DNA from: Octopus vulgaris
Taxonomy: Eukaryota
DNA: 64,000 nucleotides
Assembly: GCA_951406725.2 (NCBI GenBank)
Contig: OX597819.1
Span: forward strand, 29,822,001 to 29,886,000
Reading direction: 5' to 3'
Translations under genes and position numbers: made by a program
Notes under the pieces: generated by a model
What the model saw: only the letters and a program-made list of their open reading frames with translations
Databases searched by the model: none
Told to the model about the DNA's origin: nothing
In this document: in pieces, positions 13,240 to 25,859 of the stretch
Layout of the letters: the number at the start of each line of letters is the position of its first letter
Position numbering within the stretch: the stretch's first letter is position 1

Positions 13240-13430
13240 CAGCGAGCTGACAGAATCGCTAACTTGTCCATCGAATTGCTTAGCAGCATTTCGCCAGTCT
13301 TCATGATCTGAATTCAAATTCCTCCGAGATCAGCTTTGCCTTTCATCTTTTTGGGGTCGATAAAATAAGTACTGGTTGAGTACTGAGATCCTCCCCTGAA
13401 ATTTCTGGCCTTGTGCCAAAATTTGAAATT
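13240..13430 (+). mobile_element. Family-C SINE
   Basis: GCGAGCTGACAGAATCGCT head; TTTGCCTTTCATC..GGGGTCGATAAAATAAGTAC. Confidence 0.65.
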
Positions 13431-14452
13431 AATTTAAGAAATTATTAAAGAATCTGCAGGAGATGAACTGGTAGAAAATTTTAATGTCTTTTAGAGTTTA
13501 GTTTAATTTTTCTATTAACTCATATCAAATTACTCGAGGGCGACTTACCGTTTAACCTAAAAACGAACGGGTATCCGTTTAATAAAATAAAACTCTCCCC
13601 GGTAAACCTGTTACTGGAACACCTTATATATGTCTTTTTATTGGGGTGGGGGGGTGCATTATAATCATACAAAAAGATAACTAGTATTAATCTAATTAGG
13701 AAAAATACATTTATGGTTAACACGCATTTCTCATGTTAATGAACAATTAAAATTAATAGACAAAGAAACTTAATTATCAAATACGGTTTTATTGCTTCTA
13801 GCTTACGGCAAATCCTAATTAAATCTAATATTAATTAAATCTAATAATCCATCCTGTTTCTGTGTTCTTGATATTTATCAGTGACATTCTACCTTCGGTT
13901 GAACATAAGTCAAAAACCAAACGTATTTGCCAGACAGAATGAAGAGCGGGAAAAAAAATTATATAGGAACTTTGAGTGTTATTCTTGAGCCTTTGCAAAA
14001 TCTCTTTAGAATAATTATAATGATGCTCAGATCGATGACGGTGACGATGATGTTGAGGATAATGATGGTGGCGGCGGCGAGGGTGGGGATAATAATAAGA
14101 AAGATTTCTACGAGAAAATCAAAATGCGAGCTATAACGAGGTGAGAACTTAGAAGAATAAGAAAATAAGATACCACAAAGAATTGAAAATGGCTTCGAGT
14201 TACGCCCTCCGTTCGCATATATGTATGTGTGTGTAGAATGGATAAAAAAACAACTTTCAGGAATAATAGTGGTTTATTGACGCAGAAGGTTGTACATTTT
14301 TCTCATATCGAATTTCGAAAAGCTGAAAAAAAGTTATTTTATAATTCACGGTTAGCAACTGAGATTGCTGAGTATGCGAAAAAAAATCTAAATTTAGGGA
14401 ATGGAATAGGTAAAAATCAAGGTTACATATGTTTCTTAGCTTGCAGAACCTT

Positions 14453-14893
14453 AAAAAAAATAAATGCGCCCTTTTAAAGCCTAGCCAGGCTCATGGACCC
14501 GGTTTCCCGGTTTCTATGGCGTATATGTTCCCAAGCTGGATGGGACGCCAGTCAATTGCAGCGTTACTCGTTTTTGCCAGCTGAGTGGACTGGAGCAACG
14601 TGAAATGATCATAATGCTGACACCCTAACCACGCGCCTCCACTAATGTTCCTTCTCGAGCCATGCCAGGCTCATAAGGGCCGGTTTCTCGGTTTCAGTGA
14701 CGTAGAAATTCCTCACCTGGACGGACGCCGGTCCGTCGCAGGATTACTCATTTTTGCCAGCTGAGTGGACTGGAGCAACGTGAAATGAAGTGTTTTGCTC
14801 AAGAACACAACGCATCGCCCTGTCCAGGAATCGAAACCACAACCTTACGATCATGAGTTCAACAACCTAGCCACTAAGCCACACGCTTCCACA
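14453..14893 (-). mobile_element. Dimeric family-A SINE
   Basis: Two head-to-tail copies with different tails; flanked by GCAGAACCTTA / GCAGAGCCTTA (likely a TSD). Confidence 0.75.
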
Positions 14894-15288
14894 GCAGAGC
14901 CTTATAAGTAGTAATTATTGAGCGAGTACTACTAATCTACCACAAGCTACTCATCAGGTCAAAGACACTTTAGTGAAATGAAGGTTACATTGTCGTCAAG
15001 GGATCCCATGTTAACTCGCAGGAGATTTGACCGAAAATGCGTAGAAACCATAGAGTAAGAGAACATAAAGGAAAGCATACGTGTGAAGAAATAATATGTA
15101 TGGTGGTGGGAAGATGTCTAAGGTTGTTAAGAAAAAGAATAAGAATATGAATATAAAAAAAGGAGGGGGGAAAAGTAGAGTCGAAACATTTTTGGTACTG
15201 AAGCTGGCTAGAGGAATGTCTCTGTGAATTTAGGTTGAGGTCATTAGCTATGTATACTGTAAACTAACGTGCATATATATATATATCT

Positions 15289-15760
15289 CATCGTCATCGT
15301 CATCATCATCGTTTCACGTCCACTTTCTATGCTACCATGGGTTGGACGATTTGACTGAGGTATGGCGAACCAGATGGCTGCACCAGATTTCAATCTGATC
15401 TGGCAGAGTTTCTACTGCTGGATGCCCTTCCTAACGCCAACCACTCCGAAAGTGTAGTGGGTGCTTTTACGTGCCACCGGCACGAGGGCCAGTCAGGCGG
15501 TACTGGCAACGGCCAAGCTCAAATGGTGCTTTTTATGTATCACCTGCAAAGGAGCCAGTCCAGCGGCACTGGCAACGACCTCGCTCGAATGTTTTTCACG
15601 TGCCACCAGCTGAAGTGCTAGTAAGGCGACACATGTAACGATCACGCTCGAATGGTGTTTTTAGCGTGCCATCGGCACGGAGGCCAGCTTGTTGCTCTGG
15701 CAACGATCTCACTCGCATGTCGTATGGTACTCTTAGCGCTTCACTAGCACGGATGCCACG
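15289..15760 (-). mobile_element. Retroposon with RTE-like 3' end, (ATG)n tail and internal ~65-bp tandem repeats
   Basis: (CAT)n run, then GGATGCCCTTCCTAACGCCAACC (RTE-type tail motif, antisense); ~4.5 units of GTGCCACCGGCACG..GCCAG..CTGGCAACG..GCTCGAATG. Confidence 0.65.
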
Positions 15761-16650
15761 AAAGGCCACATTACAGCGGAGTGTCCTCTACCTCTAAAAA
15801 AGAACAAAGAGACACATGAGGAAAAAGTGGTTGGTGTTACACTGCCTGTGGAGGAAGAAATACATGAGGTGGAACCACAGAAGAAAACAGGCACCGGTGT
15901 TGAGGAGGAGGAAGAATCGAACACCAGTTGAAAAATGGTGGAGAAAAAGAGCAGAAAGAGGAGGAAAAAGACGCACATGATAAAAGATGACTCCCCCCCC
16001 AACCTACACCCACCCGGTATTCACTCACACCCACTATACCCCAACCACTCCCTACAGACACCAACCCTTCCCATGCCCAGTCTGACAAAAAAACTTTTGC
16101 AAACACACAGTAGCCTCAAATCTACCCAACCCTGCTCTGTAATGAAAAATTCGTATTTATGTACAATGGACAGATTGAGAAACTGGATAACGAAGTACGT
16201 TTGTGGGACGGAATAGTCAAGGTGGATGTAGCAGGATTAAGGGTCTACCCGAGAACGATTATTGTGTGCTGATGGACCTGGAGAACCTGGAGAAAGTGCA
16301 TAGGTATATATAAAACTGTGACTGTGAGTGGTGATCTGAAAAATAGACACCAGCACAATGCCGAAGAAAGTGTCCGTGGATATTAAAAGAAATATAATAT
16401 AGACATTTTGGAAAAAGATGTGGATTAACTATTGTGTAAATAATTGTGTTCAACTGGTGTATCAAGTTGCAAGGGGTAATGTAAATGGTACTGCAACAGG
16501 TTCAATAAAGTCGCTCGGATGAAGGGCCGAGGGACTTCATTTCATCTTTCATTGTATAATTTCATTCATTTTATTTGTTTAGTTTTTTGTCCCCACCATG
16601 TGCTGACCCCTCTGTGTAAAAGGCCTTTATGGCCATAAAATGAAATAAAG
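15760..16650 (+). mobile_element. LINE ORF1 (gag-like) C-terminal remnant with 3' tail
   Basis: KGHITAECP (end of zinc knuckle), E-rich linker, *KMVEKKSRKRRKK basic motif; ends in a T-rich UTR and AAATGAAATAAA. Confidence 0.5.
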
Positions 16651-16995
16651 AAGCTTGCTTCCCAAACACATCTTTCGGGGTTCAGTCCACTACATGGAAC
16701 CTTGGGCAATTAAATACTTGTGAGTGGATTTGGAAGACAGAAACGGAAAGAAGCTCGTCGTATAAATATTCATTTATGTGTGTGTGTGTGTGTGTGTGTG
16801 TTTGTGTGTCTTTGTATTTCTCCCTCACATCCGGTGTTGGTATGTTTACGCCCCTGTAAACATACCAACAAAAGAAAGGTAGAATAAGTACCAAACTTTA
16901 AAAAATTATCTCTGAGGTCGATTCATTCGACTAAAAGTTCTTCAAGGCAGTGCCCCAGCATGGCCGCAATCTAATGACAGAAGCAAGCAAAAGAT
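16650..16995 (+). mobile_element. Family-B SINE with internal (TG)n
   Basis: GGGTTCAGTCCAC, CCTTGGGCAA, GTGAGTGGATTTGG, tail GTGCCCCAGCATGGCCGCA; matches 33681 copy. Confidence 0.7.
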
Positions 16996-17448
16996 AAGTG
17001 ATTAAATAATCCCCATTGTCCTTTGGTTCATTTATCGGAGTTCACTTCACTGCAGGTATTCGCGTCAGATCACCGTTATGAGGATGCATTCCCACTTCTA
17101 TCCCTCTTATAAGTTTCGGAGGCTCTGTAAAAAGCTCATAAGCTCTACCTTTCTCTTCTGACTAAGAGGACAAATCTGAAACAAAAAAAAAAAATAAAGA
17201 AAAACAAAAACACTTGCTTGATTTCTACTATTGTACAAAATTCCTTTTCAAAGTCCCAATTCCTCATGTCTAGTCTGCCCATACTTACGGATTACGTAGG
17301 CCTTAACAAAGACATTCTGTTAGTATTCTTTCATATTATGGCTGAGTTTGCTCTCCACGTTACATGCATAATATTAGGGGATGTGTGTCGGCTATAGAGG
17401 ACAGTTTTATAATTAAGACAGATGAAATAAATAATCAAATTAAGTTGG

Positions 17449-17505
<57 letters not shown>

Positions 17506-17507
<2 letters not shown>

Positions 17508-17685
17508 TCGTTAGCCACTACACACACTTTTTTCTCTCCTTGTTTTTTCTGTGTCCCTTTCTGTAGAAGAGCGTAGGCTCGTAACGTAAAAGACGTTTTC
17601 TATTCCTGAGCGTTATACTAATACATCTGTTTGTTTTGTACACCACCTGCCTTCGTCTTTGTTGTTTTTTTCGTAAACTCTCCCT
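17506..17685 (+). mobile_element. Small microsatellite-embedded Penelope-pLTR-like element with degenerate minimal hammerhead
   Basis: Between (TA)n(GA)n and (TA)n; cttt-CTGTAGA-a-gagc/gctc-GTAA-CG-TA-aaag at 17557-17592 (two core mismatches). Confidence 0.45.
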
Positions 17686-17756
17686 ATATATATATATATA
17701 TATGTGTGTGTGTATGTATGTATGTATGTATGTATGTATGTATGTATATATATATA

Positions 17757-18128
17757 CGCGCAAGTGTGGCTGAGTGGTTAGAAGTTAGGTTCCCAACCAC
17801 ATGATTCCGGGTTCAGTCCCACTACCTGGCACCTTGGGCAAGTGTCTACTAATATAGCGTCCGGTCGACCAAAAGCTTGTGAGTAGATGTGGTAGACGGA
17901 AACTGAAAAAAGCCCGTCTTATATGTGTGTGCGCGTGTGTCTTTGTGTCTGTGTTTGTCCACCTCTACCACGTCCCTGTAACTTAACGGTTCAGCAAAAA
18001 GGGAACGATAGAACAAGTACCGGTCTTTAAAAAATAAGTTCTAGGGTCGATTCATTCGATTAAAAGTTCTTCAAGGCGGTGCGGTGCCCCAGCATGGCCG
18101 CAGTCGAAAGACTGAAACAAGTAAAAGT
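17757..18128 (+). mobile_element. Family-B SINE
   Basis: GTGGCTGAGTGGTTAGAAG head, GGGTTCAGTCCCAC B-box, GGCACCTTGGGCAAGTGTC, tail ACTGAAACAAGTAAAAG. Confidence 0.8.
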
Positions 18129-19614
18129 CATTGATGAATTAAGAAATTATTTTTATTATGTTAAAACTGGTTGTTGGGTGATTTCAGTTTCGAATGAGAG
18201 GAAGGGCACTCCACTCAATTTAACATCCCTGTCAAGTCTTGGATGCTTTTAGGTAAATTTGTAATTCTTGATCATTTTTTTAAATATTTAAAACAAAAAC
18301 AATAATTTAAGCGGTTTGTAGTTTTCTTTAGAAAGTATTCCCAAGATATGTTTGGGGTAAATATTGTGTCGTGGCCTTATATACAATCAAATTACTTCAT
18401 AAAAGTTCATAAATTGTATATTTTGAAAATATTTTCATATTCATTTCACAAAGCTGAAATTTTATTTAAGTCTAATTTACTTTGTATGTCTATAAATGTT
18501 GTCAAAACAAACCTGTATTAAATTTTCCTGCAGATTTTATGCTACCCATTGGAAAAAAGAAAAAAAAAGAACCCTCAAACCAAGGACTTAACATTTAAAA
18601 CATTTCAGTTTCGATACTAACTAATTAAAGAGATAGTTTTAAGAAGCTAGGAATATATCGCACTGAAAATTGATAAATTACCAGAAATAAAATCGGTACA
18701 AAAATGAGATAGACTCATCGAAAATAATCTAGAATTCCTAATTATAATATTTATGATTTTGCTTAACAACTTTTTTTAAATGAAGACAATGACAGGAAAA
18801 TAACTACCATGTGGATTTATGATAAAGGATGTTGATGCACGTAGGAGGGCACGGTATGTATAATATTTGAAATCGATTGTGCGTTATTACTGAAGGTTAC
18901 ACGAAAAGTTTCATTCTTAAAATGTCAAGGTATTAGTTTGGGGCTGAGATAGGTTTTGGCGTAGCTTTGTGAAGTGAATTCCGATGAGATCATTAGAAAT
19001 ATTTGTCAATAATGTAGCTTTGAAAATATGGAAATATTACGTATATATATATGCGGGTGAATATACGTATTTATGTAGGCAAGCGGGCGGTTGATTGTAC
19101 GTGCAAGCAATATACGCGTATGTGTATGTGTGAATGCATTCGCGCGCGTGTTTGTGTGTGTGTGTATGCGCGTATAGCAGATTTACATGAAATTATTATA
19201 AATGATCAGTTACAGCCCTCTCTCTTAGAAATCGGCTGCAGTTTCATCTTCCTATGTATCATCTGTTGTCATTAAACAACGAACAAATCGATACACTTAA
19301 CAAACGTACAATTGAAAATTCTAGAATAACAACACACAGAAGTGATATTCTGGACAACAAAAATAGATGAACAAAAACAAAACAGACGGAAAATATGTAT
19401 CAAACACCCAACTTTGAAATGTTTTCTAAAATTCTATTCTACAGAATTGATCCATATAAATCAAAATAGAATTATTTTTCTTACTTTTACTTTGTAAACT
19501 ATAACAATGTTATTGTATTATTCTAACAATAATTTACTGCTCATATGTATATGGCTATATTTATAACAATTTTAAAAGCTGAGTGTACATTTATATAGAA
19601 AAAAAATATAATTA

Positions 19615-19633
19615 TGTATGTATGAGTGTATAT

Positions 19634-19664
<31 letters not shown>

Positions 19665-19669
19665 CACAT

Positions 19670-19720
<51 letters not shown>

Positions 19721-19799
19721 CACACACAGACACAAACATACACACACACACGTATATATACACGCACATATATGTATAGATATATACACACACATATAC

Positions 19800-19848
<49 letters not shown>

Positions 19849-20566
19849 TATATACATACATATACACACACATTCATACATACATACATACATACATACA
19901 TACATACATACATACATACATACATACATACATACATACATACATACATACATACATACATACATACATACATACATACATACATACATACATACATGCA
20001 CAGACACATTCATTATCTATCGAGAACAGAAGCATTATTATTTTCAAAATAAGTATGAAGCGTTAGATAAGTAATGCTTTATCCACACAGTTGCTCGCAG
20101 GCAGATACAAACTATTAACATAATATCCAGCGAAACAAAGAGGATCAGGAGACAGACACACACTCAAGTATATACACTTCCACACGTCCGTCCGTCCATT
20201 TATCCATCCCTCCATCCATCCATCCATCCATCCCTCCATCCATCCATCCATCATACATACATACATACATACATACATACATACATACATACATACACAC
20301 ACACATACATACGTACGTACATACATACATACATACATACATACAAAAATACAAAATTACATGCATGCATATACATACATACTTACATAACTTACCTACA
20401 TGCACACATATATGCATACCTGCATATGTGTGTGTGTATATATATATATATATACGTGTGTGCGTGTGAGTGTGTGTGCGTGTGAGTGTGTGTTTGTGTC
20501 TCTGTGTGTATGTGTGTGTTTGTGTATATATATATATATATATATATAATTACATACACACACAGA

Positions 20567-20630
<64 letters not shown>

Positions 20631-20654
20631 TGTATATATATTTGTAATATATAT

Positions 20655-20729
<75 letters not shown>

Positions 20730-20730
20730 C
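19615..20730. repeat. Long compound (TA)n/(CA)n/(TACA)n/(TCCA)n microsatellite region
   Basis: Directly visible; explains all YI/HT/VCM ORFs here. Confidence 0.95.
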
Positions 20731-20974
20731 ACACAAAAATAAACACACTCACATACACGTACATAGATAAATAGGAAAGTAGAGAGATCAGGAGTTCATG
20801 GCAAAATAGAGACACAAAGGATAAATAATGAAATCCAAATCCAAAGTAAGAATGCCAGTAAGCTTTATTAAAAAGAATGATTAAAAGAAAATACATTTTG
20901 TTCCATCCTATGACACGTCAAGAACTATTTAGTAGCACTATAGTTCCTTTTATATGTATAGACAAAAGATAAAG

Positions 20975-21215
20975 GTCCTTCCCGAGTCATATACACTCAT
21001 AGGGCCGGCCTCCCGGTTTCCTTGGGGTACATATTCCCCATCTAGACGAAACGCCGGTCAGTCGGGGGATTACTAATTTTTGGCAGCTGAATAGATTGGA
21101 GCAGCAGAAAATGAAGTGCTTTTGTTCAAGGACACAGCGCGCCATCTGGTTTGGGAATCGAACCCCCAGTCTTAAGATCATGAGTCCAAAACCCTAACCA
21201 CTAAGCCACGCGCCA
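20975..21215 (-). mobile_element. Family-A SINE
   Basis: CCCTAACCACTAAGCCACGCGCC (antisense head), GGAATCGAACC. Confidence 0.75.
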
Positions 21216-22176
21216 GCACTTTATACGCATACATTGTTTCTAATAGTGTGCTACGTGTCTGTAGAGGAAGCAAAATAGATTTTGTTGGATTTTTTTTGTT
21301 TTTAATAAACACGCACGCACACACACATACAAAGTAACAGATTCTGCTAGGATAAAGTGAGGGGGAAGGAGAAGAAGAGAGAGAGAAGACAGAAAGAAGG
21401 AAAGAGACAGACAGATAGACAAAGACTATTGTGGTGAAGTGAAAGTGGGTAAAAAAAACAGGAAATGATTGCAAGAAAGCAAAAAAAGTGTTCAAATGAA
21501 AACAGGGTTAGAAGAAAAACTTGCAGACGCACAATATGGAAATGGACCGAAGTTCAATTAAAACTGGGAAGTTGTAGCTGAGCAAGGCATAATAAAAGCA
21601 TAAGGACACCCACACACATATTTATAAAAACAAAAGAAAGATGAACAGAGGAAGAAATACGTTCGTGTATACATAGGGACCAGTAATACAATAGAAATTG
21701 TGCATCCGGTTAGTGAGATGACATTTATAAGTGTTAACAAAGGGAAAACGCGGGGAAGAGATATACAGAAAATCCCACATAGAGAACAACTTCAAAATAT
21801 AACTATTGGGTTGTCCGGAAAGTTTGTGCCGATTTATAGTAGCTTAATTTTCGACTTATTTTAGAACATGGTTGAGTCCATGAAATAGGATTTGACTACA
21901 CCTCCATTTAGAGCACAGTTTAAGCTATCTTTTCTTGGAAGAAGATTTATGTTCCGATATATAAAGACGAATTAAAAATGTATAAGTTAAGGTTTAGAAA
22001 GTAAGCATTAAATGCAGTATCTAAACCATATTTCAGGATAAGTCTCAGGTAGAGTGTCTGTAGAGCACGTTCACTACTAATGGATACAAAGCGTCATCAG
22101 CGATAGTGTGCGTTTGTGGTTCGATCCAAGTCTGGAATTACAAAGTGCACGTTGGGTATATTAAAAGGTTAATACT

Positions 22177-22260
22177 GAAGACGGAGTGTAACTAGGAGCA
22201 TTTATTAGCACAACAATTGATTGCTGTACTAATAAATGTTTCTAGTTACACTCCATCTTC
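22177..22260. repeat. 84-bp near-perfect hairpin
   Basis: 41-bp arms GAAGACGGAGTGTAACTAGGAGCATTTATTAGCACAACAAT / ATTGCTGTACTAATAAATGTTTCTAGTTACACTCCATCTTC; 5 mismatches, all transitions. Confidence 0.9.
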
Positions 22261-22625
22261 CGAATGGCAGAAACGTTAGCACGCCGGGCGAAATGCTGAG
22301 CGATATTTAGTCTGCCGTTACGTTCTGAGTTCAAATTCCTCCGAGGTCGACTTTGCCTTTCATCCTTTCATACTTATGAATCCACAACCATGGACCAAGT
22401 CAGACATCAAAATATGTGAAACTCCACAGTTATGAGCGCACACGCGAACAAAATGCATAATACAGATGACTGTGCGTGTATGTGTGCTGAGCGTATATGT
22501 ATGTGTGTATATATATATACATATGTGTATGACACAGTTATGAAAACACAATCCCAAGAATTCACAACCCCACGGACAAGGTTTGACGTCAAAATATGTG
22601 AAAAATATGTGAAACGTTGCACTTA

Positions 22626-23487
22626 CGAGGTCTGATCAGTAAGTATCCGGACTGTTGTGATAGCAACGAAGCTAAAGCACGCAGAGTGAAGCTGCTTGAC
22701 ACAGATTGACCTTGAACGCTGCTGTGCATGTGCACTAAGTTCTAACGTTCTAACACACTTCTGTTGTTTACAGCAGTATTTGGAAAGAACGTGTGTAGCG
22801 TGTGATCGTCACATTGACCATGACAGAGAAAGTTGAGCAGAGAATTTGCATAAAATTATCCTAAAAACTTGGCGACACCTGCTCAGAGGTTTACGAAAAC
22901 TTTTCAAAAAGTTTTCATCGTTCTCGACACAATAAAGGAGATCTTGTGCAACTGAAACCCAAGTGTCTTTTTGGTCAGCTGAAGGCAGTTTTGGCACAAA
23001 CTTGGCAGACATGCGTCTCATATCCAAATCTTCAGTGATAATGGACTGAACTGAACCGTGTCTAATCTCAACATCCTCTGATAACTCACAGATGGTGATT
23101 CGACGACATACCCTCTTCGATGTTTACCTCAGTTCTACTGATTGCAGGTCAATATCGACATTTTCTCGGCCATCTTGGAAACGTCTGCACCACACGTACA
23201 CTTGTGTGCAGCTCATACACTCCTCACCGTATCCTTTCTGCAGCTTTGCGTTGGCCTCTGATCAGGTACTGCCTTGACAACTTTTTCTATCATGGTCAAT
23301 GCGACGATCACATGCTACACACGTTCCTTCCAAGCACTGCTGTAAACAGCGGAAGGGAGCCAGAACGTTAAAACTTAGTGCCCACGCACAGTAGATTTGA
23401 AGGTCAATCTTTGCCAAGTACCTTTACTCTGCGTGCTTTAGCTTCGTTACTATGGCAACAGTTCGGATACTTATAAATCAGACCTCG
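22626..23487 (-). mobile_element. Non-autonomous mariner derivative with long (~200-bp) inverted ends
   Basis: TA|CGAGGTCTGAT...ATCAGACCTCG|TA; minus strand encodes MRRMSAKFVPKL..DQK (mariner linker WVPxL-type motif); N-terminal MTEKVEQRICIK on + strand. Confidence 0.85.
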
Positions 23488-24291
23488 TATATCCACATAC
23501 GTGCAAATATGAACAATTATGTGAACACATTCAAACACCAGCAAAATGCATAATACAGGTGTGAGTGTGTGTATGTGTGTGTGTGCATGCACGCGTGCGT
23601 GCGTACGGTCGTGCATGCGTGTATGTATGTGTGTACGCGAGTGCACATATTCTGCATGGATATTTTGCATGAGTGTACATATGTGCTCATGTTCAGATTC
23701 ATATTTATAAATTTGAACGCGGCTAGAACTAATGCAAGGGAGACAAGCATTAGGAGTTGTTTCCTCTGATCTGTATCTTTGTTTGTCGGATTCAAAATCC
23801 TGCAGTCTCGTGTCGCTTCCAAGTCCCTCATTTAAGATGGAGACGATTATCAAAGTCCCAGTGTGGCAGGCTTGCTAGTTGCTGAGAATTCAGGACATGG
23901 AATCAATGGTAGACTTATTAACCCTTAAATATATATATATATTCACATACAGATGCCTGTTTCTTTTCATTGCAACTGGAATACTTTATATATTTGATAT
24001 CAATTTCTTTCATATCATTTTTAACCGTTGGTGAAATAATTAAAGTGCAGTATATCGTGTATCTTTATACATATTTTCATTTTATTTGCTTTTCTTGTTT
24101 TAGCTATTAAATCCTTAACATTTGTAGGCAGAAAACGGTATTTCAGTTTTGACTTGACAGTTCAGAGAGAAGTAGTTATATGTTTATTAATTACATTAAT
24201 TACATTAGAAAGGGAAAAAAATGATTCAGAGGGAATTAGAAGTATTTGACAAAGTAAGAGACAATTTAATTCATATATCATTAGTTATGTA

Positions 24292-24524
24292 AGGCGGCGA
24301 GCTGGCAGAAACGTTAGCACTCCGGGCGAAATGCTTAGCCGTATTTCGTCTGTCGATACGTTCCGAGTTCAAATTCCGCCGAGGTCGACTTTGCCTTTCA
24401 TCCTTTCGGGGTCGATAAATTAAGTACCGGTTATACACTAGGGACGATGTAATTGGCTTAATCCCTTTGTCTGTCCTTGTTTGTCCCCTCTGTGTTTAGC
24501 CCCTTGTGGGTAGTAAAGAAATAT
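24292..24524 (+). mobile_element. Full family-C SINE with 19-bp TSD
   Basis: GGCGGCGAGCTGGCAGAA head, GAGTTCAAATTCC B-box; TSD ATATATCATTAGTTATGTA at 24273 and 24525. Confidence 0.9.
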
Positions 24525-24648
24525 ATATATCATTAGTTATGTAGAAAGAAGTAAAGTAAAATTTATATACAAGTTTGTATGTGTGTGCTAGTGCGCACGC
24601 ACACACATACATACATACATACATACATACATACATACATACATACAT

Positions 24649-24683
<35 letters not shown>

Positions 24684-25151
24684 TATACATTCATATGTGT
24701 TTGTATGTGTGCGTGCGTGTACATCTGCATGTCTGTTTGTGAGTGTGTGTGTGTGTGTGTGCAGGGTGACAAACTATTCGAATTGTTAGAGCGTCAAATA
24801 GAAATGCTTTGTAGTTTTCGAACAGTCCCTCTGCGCTCTGATTTCAAATAGTTTCGAGGTCAACTTTGCCTTTCATCCTTTCAAGATCAATAAAGTATCA
24901 GTTCTCTACTGGGTACTTACCTCTTTCTATCTCTCAGTTTGTTTATACCTCCCTTCCCCACTCTTTGCCCCCTTTCGTTATGTTTCTTGAAGAATTTGGT
25001 TGTGATCAGACCGAGAGAGATGAGCTCTGCCAGATTAACATAATCACTATACAGCACTTAAACACAATTTACAAAGCTCTACACATTCACAACACATCAC
25101 TTGGAAGCACACCATATACTCTACATAACCACCATCATACATTAAAACACT

Positions 25152-25580
25152 GGATCTTTTCGGTTTGAACGGCAGTTTTTTCTAGCGGTCTCATATGAAA
25201 TTGTCACCCATAATTATGACCCTAGTATCGATCTATTGCATTTCAAACTGTTTTAGGGCTAGGGTTAGGGTCAGGGTTAGGGATGGTGGGAAGGGTATCT
25301 TTTTTTCTTCACAAATGTAAATAAACCCAATCTGTTTCTTAAACGAGGGACATATTCATACGGCACATAATTTTTTTTTACCTCAATAGACGTCAGTGAT
25401 TGGTTGAAATTGCAGAAATTGAAGAAAAAAACAACAAATATCTTACAAACTATAGAATTTTCTCAATAAAGCCAAGAGAAAAAGATGTTTTATAAACACA
25501 TTCTACCAGTATACGAAGTTTAAAATTTTTTAGTTACCTAGAAATTATGTTAAAAACTGCCGCTCAAACCGCAATAATCC
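25152..25580. mobile_element. MITE copy 2
   Basis: Same TIR as copy 1; TSD AAAACACT; internal TTAGGG-like array. Confidence 0.92.
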
Positions 25581-25859
25581 AAAACACTTAGCATCAATCA
25601 CGCATCACACGTGACCCGCAGTTACCGTCCTACGATGTAATACAACTGACATTGCAAATATTCGATACAGCAAATTTAGGAATCGGAAAAAAGAAAAAAA
25701 AACACACCGGAAGCAATACAAATCTAGCAACCATGTAAAACTAACGTAGTGTACACTTACGCAAATAATAATGTTGTACACGCACATGGAGGACACAGAG
25801 ATGTACTTGGTGACGTTGTAGAAACTCTCCTGAAGCTGTTGAAGAGATGATAATTCTTA

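Noticed and set aside
19541-20896. Long YI/HT/VCM ORFs (also at 46.6, 56.5 and 59.3 kb)
   Set aside because: Di- and tetranucleotide repeats lack stop codons; these are not coding.
22060-22105. Minus-strand CTGATGA..GAACGT hammerhead candidate (similar CTGATGA hits near 14955, 36327, 44357)
   Set aside because: No proper GAAA and no convincing stems I/II.
25253-25295. True telomere or chromosome-fusion site
   Set aside because: The TTAGGG units are an internal part of the MITE and occur in every copy.
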